Notes under the pieces: model-generated | Told to the model about the DNA's origin: nothing | The model's database searches: none | The model's input: the letters and a program-made list of their open reading frames with translations, nothing else | Position numbers and translations under genes: made by a program | DNA from: Camelus dromedarius | Taxonomy: Eukaryota | Assembly: GCF_036321535.1 (NCBI RefSeq) | Contig: NC_087437.1 | Span: forward strand, 104,224,001 to 104,288,000 | DNA length: 64,000 nucleotides | Direction of reading: 5' to 3' | Shown here: positions 12,079-24,935 of the stretch, piece after piece | Layout of the letters: each line of letters opens with the position of its first letter | Numbering within the stretch: position 1 is the first letter of the stretch

Positions 12079-13960
12079 CTACTTTTCTAATCATAGAACA
12101 AAGACTATTACCACTGGTATCAGGCACTTAAGATGTTCCAAGTTGATGACTTATTTTTACTATAACGCTTACCATTTAATTTAAACTATCATTTTATTCT
12201 CCTCAAAATACCGTGTTTCTTTAATGAGCTCTGAATGTAATAAGCAAAAACTTCTGTTTGGAGAAACCTGGATGAATAATTATGGTCACGTTAAAATGCA
12301 AAGTCTTCAGAGGTTCTTCCAATCCTTGCAGTGAGTGCAATGTCTTGCATCGTTTTCGAATTGAAGAGCAATATTCTTTTTCAATCTGTGTAAAATACAC
12401 AGCATTTTAAGATGGTTTGCATCCTCTGCTGCTTCATGGTCACAAAAATAATTGCCTGGCAGTTTCCTCTTAGGACTCTTCTATATAAAAATGTATAGAT
12501 TTATACTTATTCACTCTGAAGAACTCTTGGATATAAAGGTTTTTGACTTACTGCCTTCTGAACAGCCTCAGATTCGTATCTGTAAGTGGTGAAATCTAGT
12601 TATATAGATCATTAATTTGTCTATGCTTCAGAAGGAGTTAATACCAATAAGCCCAAATCATTTCACTGAGTCCTTGATCCAGCACAGAATCTTGACTTGA
12701 AAATGTTTTCTGTGATGGATTTTCAGTGTTAATAACTTCAGTTCACTTGAGTGCTCACAGAATTACTAATACACTTCTTTTGGAATAAAATTCCAAAGCA
12801 CGATCCCATCTTTTTCTGTTTAAATACACATCTGTAAATAACAGCTTAAACTGTGTAGCATGTTGTGATGAACAGTTGTCAGAACATCTCTGACATCAAC
12901 ATGATAATGCGAAATACTTCCTATCCTGGCCCTTAAACATTCTGGAAAATTCAATCTTACACATTTTACTACTTTACTTTAGTGATTCATTGATTTCTTT
13001 CTCCAACATATATATTTTTCTGAACCACAGAAAATCTTTTGCATCCAAGAATAAATTATAAAACTCTCTGAAAAACTTGATTAGTAGGGAACCACAAGGC
13101 ATTGTATTACTGTGCAATGTCACATGTCAAAATAATATCAAATCAAGTAAGTTTTCCTTGATATATTTGTTATTTTATCCTTCACACACCACACAGTATT
13201 TATTTGATTTCATTTGTTACGTTATTTGCTGCTACTCTGTCAGAATATTGTGGAATACAACTGAATTATTATCAAACGTTTTAAAAATTAAAATAGTTGG
13301 AAAAGCAGAAATGCTATGTGCCTTATAAAAGCACTTTAATCACAGATTAGTGAAAAAAGACAGTTGATTTTAGTGAATGATAGAACATTAATAATAAACT
13401 TAATTTTCTAAACTACAATTTAAAAAATACTACCTTAATATCAAATGTGTAAAAATTCTATCTTTGTCAAAGTACAGCTATATGTATGATAGAGAGACAT
13501 GTGCTTTATTTTCATCATTGGAGTTGACTTGATAAGCTGCCAATGATTTGAATGGTAACGAGCAGGCAATTTCAGATCAAGTGCAATCCGTCAACAATTC
13601 ACATAACATTTCAGACCTTCCCTTAGAATATTAAGCTAGACAACATGGTGGAGTTACTGAACATGTTCAAATATGAAGTAAATGTCTCTAATATCATTAT
13701 GTAACTTGAGAGGAATTTGAAGTGAAATTAATCACTATGTTGTCACTCAAAGGCGCTTGTATGAGAAAGCAATACATTCAAAACTAAGGCAGTGAATTCA
13801 GTAACTTTATTACTTTAAAATTACCCAACATTATTTATAGTTTAAAAAATTCCCTCAATGATAATATATGAAAACACATACTTATATCAAATATTGTATT
13901 ATTGTCTGGAAGAGAAACCTATCTGAAAAGCCAGTAAGTTTTTTATATACTTTTATTTTT

Positions 13961-15246
13961 TACTTTACTTTTTTTATTGAAATATGGTCAGTTTACAGTG
14001 TTGTGTTAATATCTAGTGTAAAGCATGGTGATTCAGTTATACATTTATATATATTCCTTTTCATATTCTTTTTCTTTATAGGCTATTACAAGGTGTTGAA
14101 TATAGTGCCCTGTGCTATACAGTAGGACCTTGTTCATCTGTTTTATATATAGAAATTAGCATCTGCAAATCCTGAATTCCCAATTTATCTGTTCACCCTC
14201 CCCTTTCCCCCTGAAAACCGTAAATTTGTTTTCTATGTCTGTGAGTCTGTTTCTGTTTTGTAAATAAGTTCATTTGTCTCATTTTTTAGATTCCACATGT
14301 AAGTGATAATATGGTATTTTTCTTTCTCTTTCTGGCTTACTTCACTTAGTATGACAATCTCCAGGTCCATCCATATTGTTGTAAATAGCATTATTTTATT
14401 CTTTTTTATAGGTGAATAGTACTATACTACATCTTCTTTATCCAATCATTCATCAGTGGACATTTAGGTTGCTTCCATGTATTGGCTACTGTAAATAGTG
14501 CTGCAATGAACACTGGGGTGCATGTACCTGGTTATATGCCCAGGATGTGGGATTGTTGGATCATATGGTAAGTCTATTTTTAGTTTTTTAAGGCATCTCC
14601 ATACTGTTTTCCATAATGGCTGCACCAAACTGCATTCCCACCAAGTTCCCTTTTCTCCACACCCTCTCCAGCATTTATCATTTGTGGACTTTTTAATGAT
14701 GGCCAGTCTGACTCGTGTGAGGTGATACCTCATTGTAGTTTTGATTTGCATTTCTCTGATAATTAGCAATATTGAGCATTGTTCATGTGCTAATTGGCCA
14801 TTTGTTTGTCTTCACTGGGGAAGTGTTTAGGTCTTCTGCCCATTTTTTGATTGGGTTGTTCATTTTTTTGTTACTGAATTGTATGAGCTGCTTGCATATT
14901 CTGGAAATTAAGCCCTTGTCAGTTGCATTGTTTTCGAATATTTTCTCCCATTTCATAGGTTGTCTTTTAATTTTGTTTATAGTTTCCTTTGCTGTGCAAC
15001 AGCTTATAAGTTTAACTAGGTTCCATTTGCTTATTTTTGCTTGTATTTCTATTGCCTTGGTAGACTGCCCTAGGAGAACATTGCTAAGATTTATTTCAAA
15101 GAATGTTTTGCCTATGTTTTCTTCTAGGAGGTTTATAGTGTCTTGTCTTATGTTTAAGTTTTTAAACCATTTTGAGTTTATTTTTATTAGAACATTTCCT
15201 CACACCATACACAAAAATAAACTCAAAATGGCTTAAAGACTTGATG
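13961..15246 (-). mobile_element. L1 (3' UTR plus ORF2 C-terminus) with short 5' inversion
   Basis: ORF 14464-14769(-) [16 protein letters not shown]...[11 protein letters not shown] is the L1 ORF2 Cys-rich domain; inverted piece ~15188-15246; TSD tactttta(t/c)tttt at 13948-13960 and 15247-15259. Confidence 0.92.
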
Positions 15247-15630
15247 TACTTTTACTTTTAAAATCCTTTTGTAGATATTGTTTTATCAGTTAGAAGAGAT
15301 GATTTTTAAAGTTATATATACACACATGAAAGAAAACCTTTTTTATTTGATTTTTATACACAAAGGTATCACTGTTGTTTTTGGTTTCTTAAATCATCAT
15401 TTATCATTCTTGCTTAAAGCAGTTCATTATCTCTTAGGTATCACTAAATTGCTATTCTTCAGAGAGTAAGTTGGTCTTGCTTGAGAAGTAATATTAAGAA
15501 TGTTAAAATATATTCAAATTCAGGAACTGATAGGATCTGAAATGTAATATTATTTTATATTCAATAATTTTTAATAAAGTATCAGTACAATATTTTGCAT
15601 ATTCATAGAAACTGTAGAGTATATTAAATA

Positions 15631-15840
15631 CTGTTGACCCTTGATCTATGTGGGAGGTAGGGGCACTGACCCACACCTAAACATTAATTCATGTTTATCT
15701 TTACAGTTGGCCCTCTGTACTCACTGTTCTATGTCCCCAGATTCAACCAACCTCAGATCATGTAGAACATATTTATTGAAAAAAATCCATGCAGAAGTAG
15801 ACCCAAGCAGTTTAAACCCATGTTGTTCAAAGGTCAACTG
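15631..15840. mobile_element. MER8-like TcMar-Tigger MITE
   Basis: Terminal inverted repeats ctgttgacccttga / ttcaaaggtcaactg, TA on the left flank. Confidence 0.8.
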
Positions 15841-15904
15841 TTAGATTAAATAACCTCTCATTTTGACAGATTGCCTTGAAATAAGTAAGCTAACTCCACA
15901 TATA

Positions 15905-16080
15905 TTAATTCATTCTTTTCATAAATATGACCACATATATTGTTTCAGACTCTGTGCTTAGAGCTGGAGACTCAAAAAGGAATTCGATGAAGTACCTATT
16001 CTCAAGGAACTTATTAGCTAATGGAGGAAACAATTTTATTAGCAACTTATGATTAAAACAAGTCATTACTGCAGAGATAG
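15905..16080 (-). mobile_element. L2 3' end fragment
   Basis: attcattcttttcataaatatg...ctgtgcttagagctggaga...ctcaaggaactt. Confidence 0.55.
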
Positions 16081-16444
16081 ATAAAATTTAGGACTCTTCT
16101 CCATTATCTGCACCAGAAGACAATGTGACATTGTAAAATAGGACAATACCTTGAAGGGGGAAAAAGTCAAGTTGGGTGTTTGTTTACTTGATTATTTTCA
16201 CTTCCTGCTTATAAAGTGTGTTCAGGTTGAAGAAATTTTGAATAATTCATTAATTGTGCTCAGTCAGTAGTTGGAAACATGAGAGCAAATTTCAGGGACA
16301 TTTCTAAGCTGAGATCCGGTTTGGGGACAAAAAATATACATGAATGATAAATGCAGCTCACAACTTGTTAGTTTTGTGAGTTTATGTAAGAATTCAGTTA
16401 GCTAAGACTCAATAACAAACTAAAGATAATGATAACAAACACAT

Positions 16445-16890
16445 TGAGTGCCCCCATTGACAAGAAGTGATTTTTCTGTCACTCTGAACCTGAGCTGGCT
16501 TTGACCAGAAGAGTGCAGCTGAAATGAATTGTTGCCATGTTACTTTCAATTCCAGGAGACTGGCAGCAGCAACTTGCTCCTTAGAGGCCCTGAGTCACTG
16601 TGTATAGACTATGACTATCCTACTGAGTTACCACATAGGAAGTTCAACTGTCTAGTTGGAGAGGTTTTGTAAATACATGAAGAGGGATGGGGGCCCAGAT
16701 GAGTCTAGCCTTCCCTCCAACTAATGCCAGATCGATCATGTGAATAAAGCCTTTGGGGCCCTCCATATAAGACCACCACCAGCTGAATACCACCTAGTTA
16801 CATCAGGTGGAACAAAAGAATTGCTCACCCCCAATTTTTAACTCACAAAATCATAAGATACAAAAAGTGAATTTGGTTCACTGTCTTTTA
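16445..16890 (+). mobile_element. MLT1-type MaLR solo LTR
   Basis: ctgagctggctttgaccagaagagtgcagc...ccagctgaataccacc...actcacaaaatcataagatac. Confidence 0.65.
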
Positions 16891-17439
16891 ATTAAAAAAA
16901 GAGAACAATTTGGATTATTTTGAGGGCCATATAAGATACTATATTTAAAATGTTAGCATCATGATGGAATCGTTAGCAAATGTACTTCCTAATTAATTAG
17001 TTGGTCAGTATTGTTGTAAATTCAGTAGAGTAGAAAAAGCATAGAGTTCTGAATGGAACCCTAATCAGCACTAATATTACTAGGCAGTCACCAAAAGCAG
17101 AGCCAAAAAGACAGAGAGACAGGGAGAGAATAGGAACCCTCAGAGGGCTGAGCAGATTTAGACAAGTTTGATGTTTCAAAAGCAAAGAAGGACCACAATT
17201 AGATGAGCAGTGAAAGAGGCATTTTCTAATACTATTGAAAAGCTTTGGCTATAAATTAAAAAGTAAATGGGTGTGGGGAGGAGATAGAAATGTTAGATAC
17301 ATAGAGTACAGCCCTCTCTTTTTAACAGTGCATAAGGAAGAGAAAACAAAGGTTAAATGGTGATAAATGTACCTTTTTAAAGATAATACCAAATCAGTCA
17401 TCCATGAAAGGTGAGGCCAAGAATCAAAAATGAAGTAGT

Positions 17440-19003
17440 CCTACAGCAATCAAGTCAGTGTGGTATTAGTAAAAGAATAGAAAACCATATCGGTGGAACA
17501 GAACAGAGAGCCCAGAAACAGACCCACATAAATATAAACAACTGATCTTTGACAAAGGAGAAAATCAATGCCATGCAGCAAAGATAGCTTTCAAAAATTG
17601 GTGTTGAACAGCTGGACACCTGCATGCAAAAAAAGTGAATATAGGTAGAAACCTTACACTCTTCACAAAAGTTAACTCAACATAGATCACAAACTAAATG
17701 TGAAACACAAAATTATAAAACTCGTAGAACATGGGGAAAAAAAATCTAGATTTTCTTATGATAAGTAGTGATTTTTAAATATAACTCCAAAGGCATGATT
17801 CATGAAAAAAAATAATTGATAAGCCTAAATTCATTATAAAACTGAAAATTTCTGCTCTGTGAAAGAAACTGTTAAGAGAATGAAAAGATAAGCCAAGACT
17901 GTGAGAAAATATTTGCAAAGGATACTTGTGATAAAGGACTATTTTCCAAAATATGCCAAGAACTCTTAAAATTCAACAATAAGCAGACAAACAGTTGAAT
18001 TAAAAAACTGGCCAAAGACCTTAACAGAGACCTCAGCAAAGAAGATATACATAAGACAAATAAGCATATCAAAAATTGTATGTGATCAGGAAAATGCAAA
18101 TTATAACTATAGATACACCTATGAAAATGGTCAAATTATGCAATATTGATGACACTAAATGCTGGCAAGGATGTGAAGCAATAGGAACTCTCAATTATGG
18201 CTAGTAAGAATGCAAACTGGTATGTCCACTTTGGATAATAATTTGGCTTTTTACTTACAAACAAAACATATCTTTCCATATGATTCAGCAATCATGGTCC
18301 TTGGTATTTACTCAAAGAAGTAAAAAACTTATATGCACAGGAAAACTTACACATCAATGTTTATAGCAGACTTATTTTAATTTCCAAAACTTGGAAGTAA
18401 TGAAGATGTCTTTCAGTAGATGAATGGATAAATAAACTGTGCTACATCCAGACAATAGAATATGACTCAGCACTAAAAAGAAATGAGCTATCAGACCATG
18501 GAAAGAGACATGAACCTTAATACATATTACAAAGTGAAAGAAATCAATCTGAAAAAAAAAACATGTATGGTGTGATTCCAATATATGGTGTTCTGGAAAA
18601 GGCAAAACTATGGAAATGATAAAAAAAAAAAACAAACAAAAAACAGTGGTTGCCAGGGATTGGGGGAGGGAGGGATGAATAGGTGAGCACTGAGAATTTT
18701 TAGGAAAGTGAAATTACTATGTATGCTACTATAATATTGAATAGATGTCATTACACATTTGTCCAAACCTGTAGAATACGCAACACCAACAATGAACTCT
18801 AGTGTCAACAAACTATGGACTCTAGGAATAATCATGATAATGTAAGTCCATCAGTTGTAGCAAATGCACCTTCTGGCAGGGGATGTTGATAAAGGGGGAG
18901 GCTATACGTATGCATATGAGATGTCTATGAGAAATCTCTGTACCATCTTTCAGTTTTGCTATGAACCTAAAACTGCTATTTAAAAAAATCTATTTTTAAA
19001 AAA
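17440..19003 (+). mobile_element. L1MC-type L1, ORF2 3' half and 3' UTR
   Basis: tggaacagaacagagagcccagaaacagacccaca...gggaaatctctgtac-like end...gaacctaaaactgct. Confidence 0.88.
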
Positions 19004-19089
19004 GTAGTAGTTCCACATAAAGTGTGCATCTGACTCATTTTGCATCTGCCTGACACTCACTGGGTTTAGTTTTAAGTTGTAATTGTTGC

Positions 19090-19325
19090 TGTAGCCATCA
19101 GTGGCATGGCTGAGTAAAGTGACAGTACCCACTACCTCTGCGCTGAGTGTCTCTTGCTTTCCTCCCCATGGTCTCTACAGTATGGATAGTGATAAAAGTG
19201 GTCTGGCCTTCTGTGTCATGATTAAACCTGAGTAGGAAAGTAAAACTCCTTGAATTAAAATCTGAGCATTAGGATAAGAAAGCTGATGGATAAATACTTC
19301 CCCTTTTTGCCTATTGGGCAGACAT
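19090..19325 (+). mobile_element. LTR16-like ERVL LTR fragment
   Basis: gaaagctgatggataaatacttccccct resembles the LTR16 motif also seen near 4165. Confidence 0.45.
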
Positions 19326-20145
19326 GATAAGGAAATGCATGGGGAAAAGGGAGTAGAGCTTTCATGCCTTCTCTAGACCTGGCAACTCCCCCCAAATTGA
19401 GACAGGAGGGAAGGGGGCAGGGCGCAACCATTAAAAAAATGACACAGAAATTGAAGATAGGACATAAACTGGTTAAAACTAAAATGGCAGAAGATTTGAC
19501 TTCCAGCAGACCTTGAGCCTCCTTATAGGTTCATTGTAATATATTAGCAAGTTAAGTGATACACCCATAGGTGCCATGACAGTTCCCAAGCTGACCATAA
19601 AAGGCCACAAAGTGGGCAGGGCTCAATTCCTGGAAATCTCTGCCCCCTTCCCAACAGGGTTGGAAAAATCCTCACACTTATTAGCATATAAAATTATCAG
19701 GTCTATAAAAATTAACAACCCCATACCCTGAGGCCGCCTCATTTGCTTTGGAGGTGGCCTGCCTGCTTTCTGTCTATGGAATGTGTATCTCTCTAAATAA
19801 GTATTACTTGACTTTACTATGTCTTGCTCTTGAAGACAAGAAACTATCCTCTGGTAACAAAATCTCCACGTATACACCAATTCTGTCCTTTGTGGGGTTT
19901 TTTAGAAGCTTCCCTACAATGGCATGATTGATTAAATCATTGACCATTGGTGATTGAACTCAATTTCCAGCCCCCTCCTTTCCCTGGAGGTCAGGGGGGT
20001 GGGACTGAAAGTTCTAACCCTATAATCACAGCGTGGCTTCACTGGAAACCAGACCCCATCCTTAAGTATCTTCATAAAGTCAGCTCATTAACATTAAAAA
20101 GGCACCTTATGGCTCTTATCACTTAAGGAAATTCAAAGAGTTATT
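19326..20145. mobile_element. MER21-like LTR split by a MER41-like LTR
   Basis: gagctttcatgccttctc...|...ctccacgtatacacc...ggcatgattgattaaatcattgaccattggtgat...ctgaaagttctaaccct. Confidence 0.75.
19398..19859 (+). mobile_element. MER41-like ERV1 solo LTR (462 bp)
   Basis: TG...CA ends; 4-bp TSD aaat (19394-19397, 19860-19863); aaaatggc...gccatgacagtt...ttagcatataa blocks as in recalled MER41. Confidence 0.8.
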
Positions 20146-20147
20146 GC

Positions 20148-21129
20148 TTGCCATCCAGTTCTACAAGGATTGAATCCTTAGCCACTGCAGTCACTGACCT
20201 TCAACATACTGAAAGGTATTCAGCGTGGAGGCACTCTGTGTTCTGGGCAAACTGGCAGAACAGGACTTCAGATAAGATATTTTCAGGAGGAAATTTTATG
20301 AGCCCCAATTCTTTCATCATCCCTTACTTAGAAAAGCACTGAGATCATTAACTGAAGTATCTGTTCATCCCTTGTGACTTGCAACAGCAACCTACCAGTA
20401 AGAAGTGGGCTTGAGTGCCTGTACCCCCTTCACCAAAATCACTGACCTCCCCTATCACATGTTCAGAACAATTTCCCAGAGGCATCTGAGTCTGACTCCT
20501 GGGGTATAGTTCTCAGTTAAGACACAATTGGAACAATTAACTTAAACTAACTTTAATCTAATTTAATTTAGAAATTCCTCCCAGGTTATAAACTGTGTAA
20601 CAGCTATGGCTTTTCAAAATAGTCTGTAAACTAATTAAAAACCTAGCAGCTAGAACATTTCTAGATACATATGATGAAATGAAAATTCATATTCTACGGC
20701 AACATAAAAATCCTCCTCTGCCTTTTTGGCCTCTTCTCTCCCTGCTGGGCGTTGTGTATCTACGTTATGCATTGACCAAAGCTCCCAACGGTAGAAATAC
20801 CTGCTCAACCATAAAAAGCAACATTGTCTTAGCACCTACAGGACAATTCCTTAAGGCGATAACCTTTCTTCTTAATCTTGCAAGAGGTCATAGTGACCCA
20901 GGACCCAGTACTGATTTTACATACATGGATCTGGATTTTGTAAACTGTCAGTAAAATGTCACTTAATGTACAGCCCTCTTTGTTAAAAACTTATATAACT
21001 GTGTTTTGACCTCTAATGGTCTTAACAGTTTTTGGCAGTTTTTTGAGAGGTAGTCCCTAGCTAGTAATCCTCAATTTAGCTTGAATAAAATTTTCCATTT
21101 CCTTCTTAGATAAATTATTTCATCGAACA
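20148..21129 (+). mobile_element. ERV1-class LTR sequence, probably two abutting LTRs
   Basis: actgaccttcaaca...gcactctgtgttctggg...aactggcagaacagg; second part ends with aataaaattttcc...cgaaca (polyA signal then CA). Confidence 0.6.
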
Positions 21130-21218
21130 TAATAGGTGCTCAGTAAATATTTGCTGAGAATATTGTGTTCTTTTAACAATTTCTAGCAATGTGATTACAT
21201 TTTATTAAATAAAATAAA

Positions 21219-21498
21219 GGACAGAAATAGACTCACAGACAGAGAATACAGACTTGTGGTTACCAGCGGGGTGGAGGGTGGGAAGGGATAGACTGGGATT
21301 TCAAAATTGTAGAATAGACTACACTGTATAGCACAGGGAAATATACACAAAATGTTATGATAACTCACAGAGAAAAAAATGTGACAATGAGTGTGTATAT
21401 GTCCATGAATAACTGAAAAATTGTGCTGAACACTGGAATTTGACACAACATTGTAAAATGATTATAAATCAATAAAAAATGTTTAAAAAAAAAAAAAA
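21219..21498 (+). mobile_element. Young camelid-type L1 3' UTR with polyA
   Basis: acagaaatagactcacagacagagaatacagacttgtggttacc...aataaaaaatgtttaaaaaaaaaaaaaa with a clean A tail. Confidence 0.9.
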
Positions 21499-24400
21499 GT
21501 CGGTTGCAATCCTAAGGCTGGAAATTCTTCTCCACCTCTTGTTTATGAAATGCATGGTATTTCAAACTGTGTGATTTGCCAGAATGCTTCTGTTACATTT
21601 TGTCATAATTCTTACATCCTTATCAAAGGAACAATGAAAACAATATTGTTCAAAACAAACAATATTTTTTAAATGGCTAGGGATTTATACTGTTTATTTG
21701 AATGAGGACATTTAAACATCTATTCTGATCAAATGAAAAAGCTTTAAAATAAATTAGAAGTTACTAAGTGAGTCCTAGCAGAATACAAAAACAAAAATTA
21801 ATATTACTCTTTTAAAGTAGCAAATAAACATTTATAAAATATAGAGAAAATGACACTCACTGTAAAAATATTAATAAATTCAGAATAAGTGGTGAAAAAT
21901 ACACAATTTGTATATGAAGAAAAATATAACATTTATCAAAAGAAAATCTATATTTGTAACATGTTTGGAAAAACTAAGGTTTATTATGCTTCAACAGCAT
22001 CCATGTCAACGTGCCTGGCTGCAAATCTCTGTTGTAGTTTGAATGTGTCACTTTCATCCTGCTCAGTAACAAAATGCAGCCAATGAACACCAGGCTCTCA
22101 GCCCCTCTTCCCATCTTTTAAATCACTTGCTTTCCTTAGGGTGGAAGATGAATAAAGGGGTTAACATTCTTTAGCAGGCACCTCCCCCAAAGAGCAGAAG
22201 TTTTGGCAAGTAATTCCCATTGTTACACAATCAAGAATGTAGCTGAATTATCAACTGCTATTTTTTTCCAGAGATGTATTTTATTTAAAATATACATTGA
22301 AAAATAGAATTGTATATGGACAAATACCAAGTGCCTTCTCATTGAACGGACTTTGGAATAATAGCGGTTAACAGATGCTTCCTTATACTGTAATATACTT
22401 TTCAAATTTTATACACTGAACATATTATTGGAATGAAATTCAGGAAAAAAATGAGGGAAATAGCTAGATGGCAGCCAATAAAAATATAAATACAGCAGGT
22501 GAGACAGCTTTTTTTGAATGATTTTGTAATTACCAGTTATTTGCATTCTCCAAAAGATTACCTTAAACTCACTTTTATACATAACGCTTTTGAGAAACAA
22601 AGACTATTACTATTTATTTTGCACAAAAATAAATGCTTATAGCCCATTAAGGATGTATAATTAATTCATAGGGTTTTCCTTTGCATTTATCTCTATCATC
22701 AAAAATTTGGAATGAAAATGTAAGAATGGATGTTCAACTCCAAATCATTTATATGTTTTTTAAAGAATTCCCCCACATCACTGTCAGAGGCTTGCTCAGA
22801 TGTTTTAAAGATCAATAAAAGAAGCTATAAGTAAGATGCAACAATGCTTGTCAAATAATGCCATAACCTTAATCCACGCCCCAAACCATGTGGGAGTTTT
22901 TCCTGCAGGGTATCCCCGGAGGAAGACTTTCACATGAAAGGCCAGCAGAAACATACATTTTTTTTTTTAAATATGATATGAAAACTGAGGAAATAGGAAA
23001 GGGGTTATTTTTCCTAGAGCACTTTAAAAATTGCTGGTGATAAATTTTTGTTTGTTTTTCATGTTCATGTGAGTGTGTGCATGCACGTGTGGGCACATAC
23101 ACACTTCAGTCTGTTTTATTATTTAAGAAGAAAACACATTTAAAAAATTTTTGAATCTCTTTATCTCAATTCTGGTGGAATAACAAACTCAAACAGAAGC
23201 TGGTAAAATAATTTTTGATTGAACATTTTTAAATGATATTTGGGAAATAAATGAGATTTGCACAACGTAATTTCTCCCACTTCAAGGAAATTCGCAGAGT
23301 GGGAAAGAAAGATTCCCAAGGGTAAATTTTCTGACATCAAGAACGATCTCCCTTTGGGAATTTAAAAGGAGAATTAGGCTCAATTAAATTAAACGTATAG
23401 GTTATGCAGAGAGGATAATTATCTTGCTCGTTATCGCTGCAGATCGGAATTGTAGCAGATTGTCTCCCCCATAGTTGAAGATAAACTGGAAAGATGCCTT
23501 AATCATTTCCACATTTGAAAGCCCTTGTTTTCCCTCTGTGTCAGCCGCTCTACCTTAGATGGGCAAAGCTTGTGCCTGTTCAGATGCCCAATATGATCAG
23601 CACAGGCACGTGGATTGGGTAGATCAACACAGAGTAATTGGCGTGCCTGAGATCTCCCTTTCTTTCTGGCCCTCTGCTGTGTTATTCCCAAGGATTCTGC
23701 TTATATTTTTAGTATTTCATATCAATGCCAGAAACTAGGCATTTTTTTTCCTTAGTAAATAAGTTAATGGCATGTAAAAGCTAAAATAGACAACTAATAT
23801 TAAAATAATTCTAATCCCCAGATGATACTCATTTTGTCCTGTATTGACAGCTGTTAGACTTTTAACTGGATTATTTAAAAGATCTATTTTCAGGGTATAA
23901 AACTTGGCCAAGTTAACGCTGTTAAGAAGGCCCATTAGCAGTATGGTGGGAACCTCATACAAATTTGGTCAATGATGTCTGTGCTCAGTTTCTTCAAAGT
24001 CAGTTAATTCTGCAGAAGTAAATCTAGGATTTGCCTACAGATATTTATATCCTTGGCCTTTGTTCTCCAAAAAACCCACAATTGCTTAGAGTAGATTATG
24101 ATGTGCAGGGACGAGTGGAAAGACAAATGACCAGAAATGGGAAAATGAGGTTGGCATTTCCTAGGAAATGTGATGGATCCAAGCCTACTCAATGTAGCAC
24201 AGAGCAAGGTAGCAAGACCGGAGGTTACCTGACAGTTCTCCTGGCCTCAGACTTTGAAATTGAACTTTAGGCCTTGGTTGCGTGGCTGAAAGAATCTTGT
24301 CAACTGGGGTAATAGGATAGACTGTAGCAAGTAACAGAATCTGATAACTGGAGGGGTTCTAGGAATGAGACTCGAAAGCAAATTTCATCTGATTTAAAGG

Positions 24401-24619
24401 AAAAAGTAGCATTTCCAAGACAGGATCTATGTCCAATAAATTCTTATTTGCAAAAAAATAGTTGTACTGTATTATCTAAGGTCATATTTGATTCACAGAA
24501 CAGCCTCCTTAGACGCCAGTATATGTATATACATATATACATACGTATATATGTACATTATCTGTTGCATTAGAAATTGTATGACTGATTTACTATTTTA
24601 TTATGTCATTTTAAAAACG

Positions 24620-24935
24620 TTTTCAGAAAATACTTGAGTGGGTATATTTCTGAGCTCTCTGCTCTGTTCCAATCATATATGTATCTCTCCCTCCACCATA
24701 CCATGGTGTCTTATTCTTTATAAGATAATATCAAACAGAGTGATTCCTGTTACTTTATTCTTCAAGATTTTGTTTGTTTGTTTGTTTGCTATTCTAGGGC
24801 CCATGCCTTTGCATATAAATAATAGTTGTTTTTTTGTGTCAACAAAAATTCTCACTGGCATTTTGATAAGAATTGCATTAAAACTGGAGATCAGTTTGGG
24901 GAGGATCAATGTATTTGCTAAGTTCCATTCTTTTT
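24620..24935 (-). mobile_element. L1 ORF2 fragment
   Basis: ORF 24718-24909(-) MILPKLISSFNAILIKMP...GPRIANK...KNKVTGITL resembles L1 ORF2. Confidence 0.85.

Noticed and set aside
14772..15236. 154-aa plus-strand ORF
   Set aside because: Antisense reading of L1 ORF2; a common spurious hydrophobic ORF
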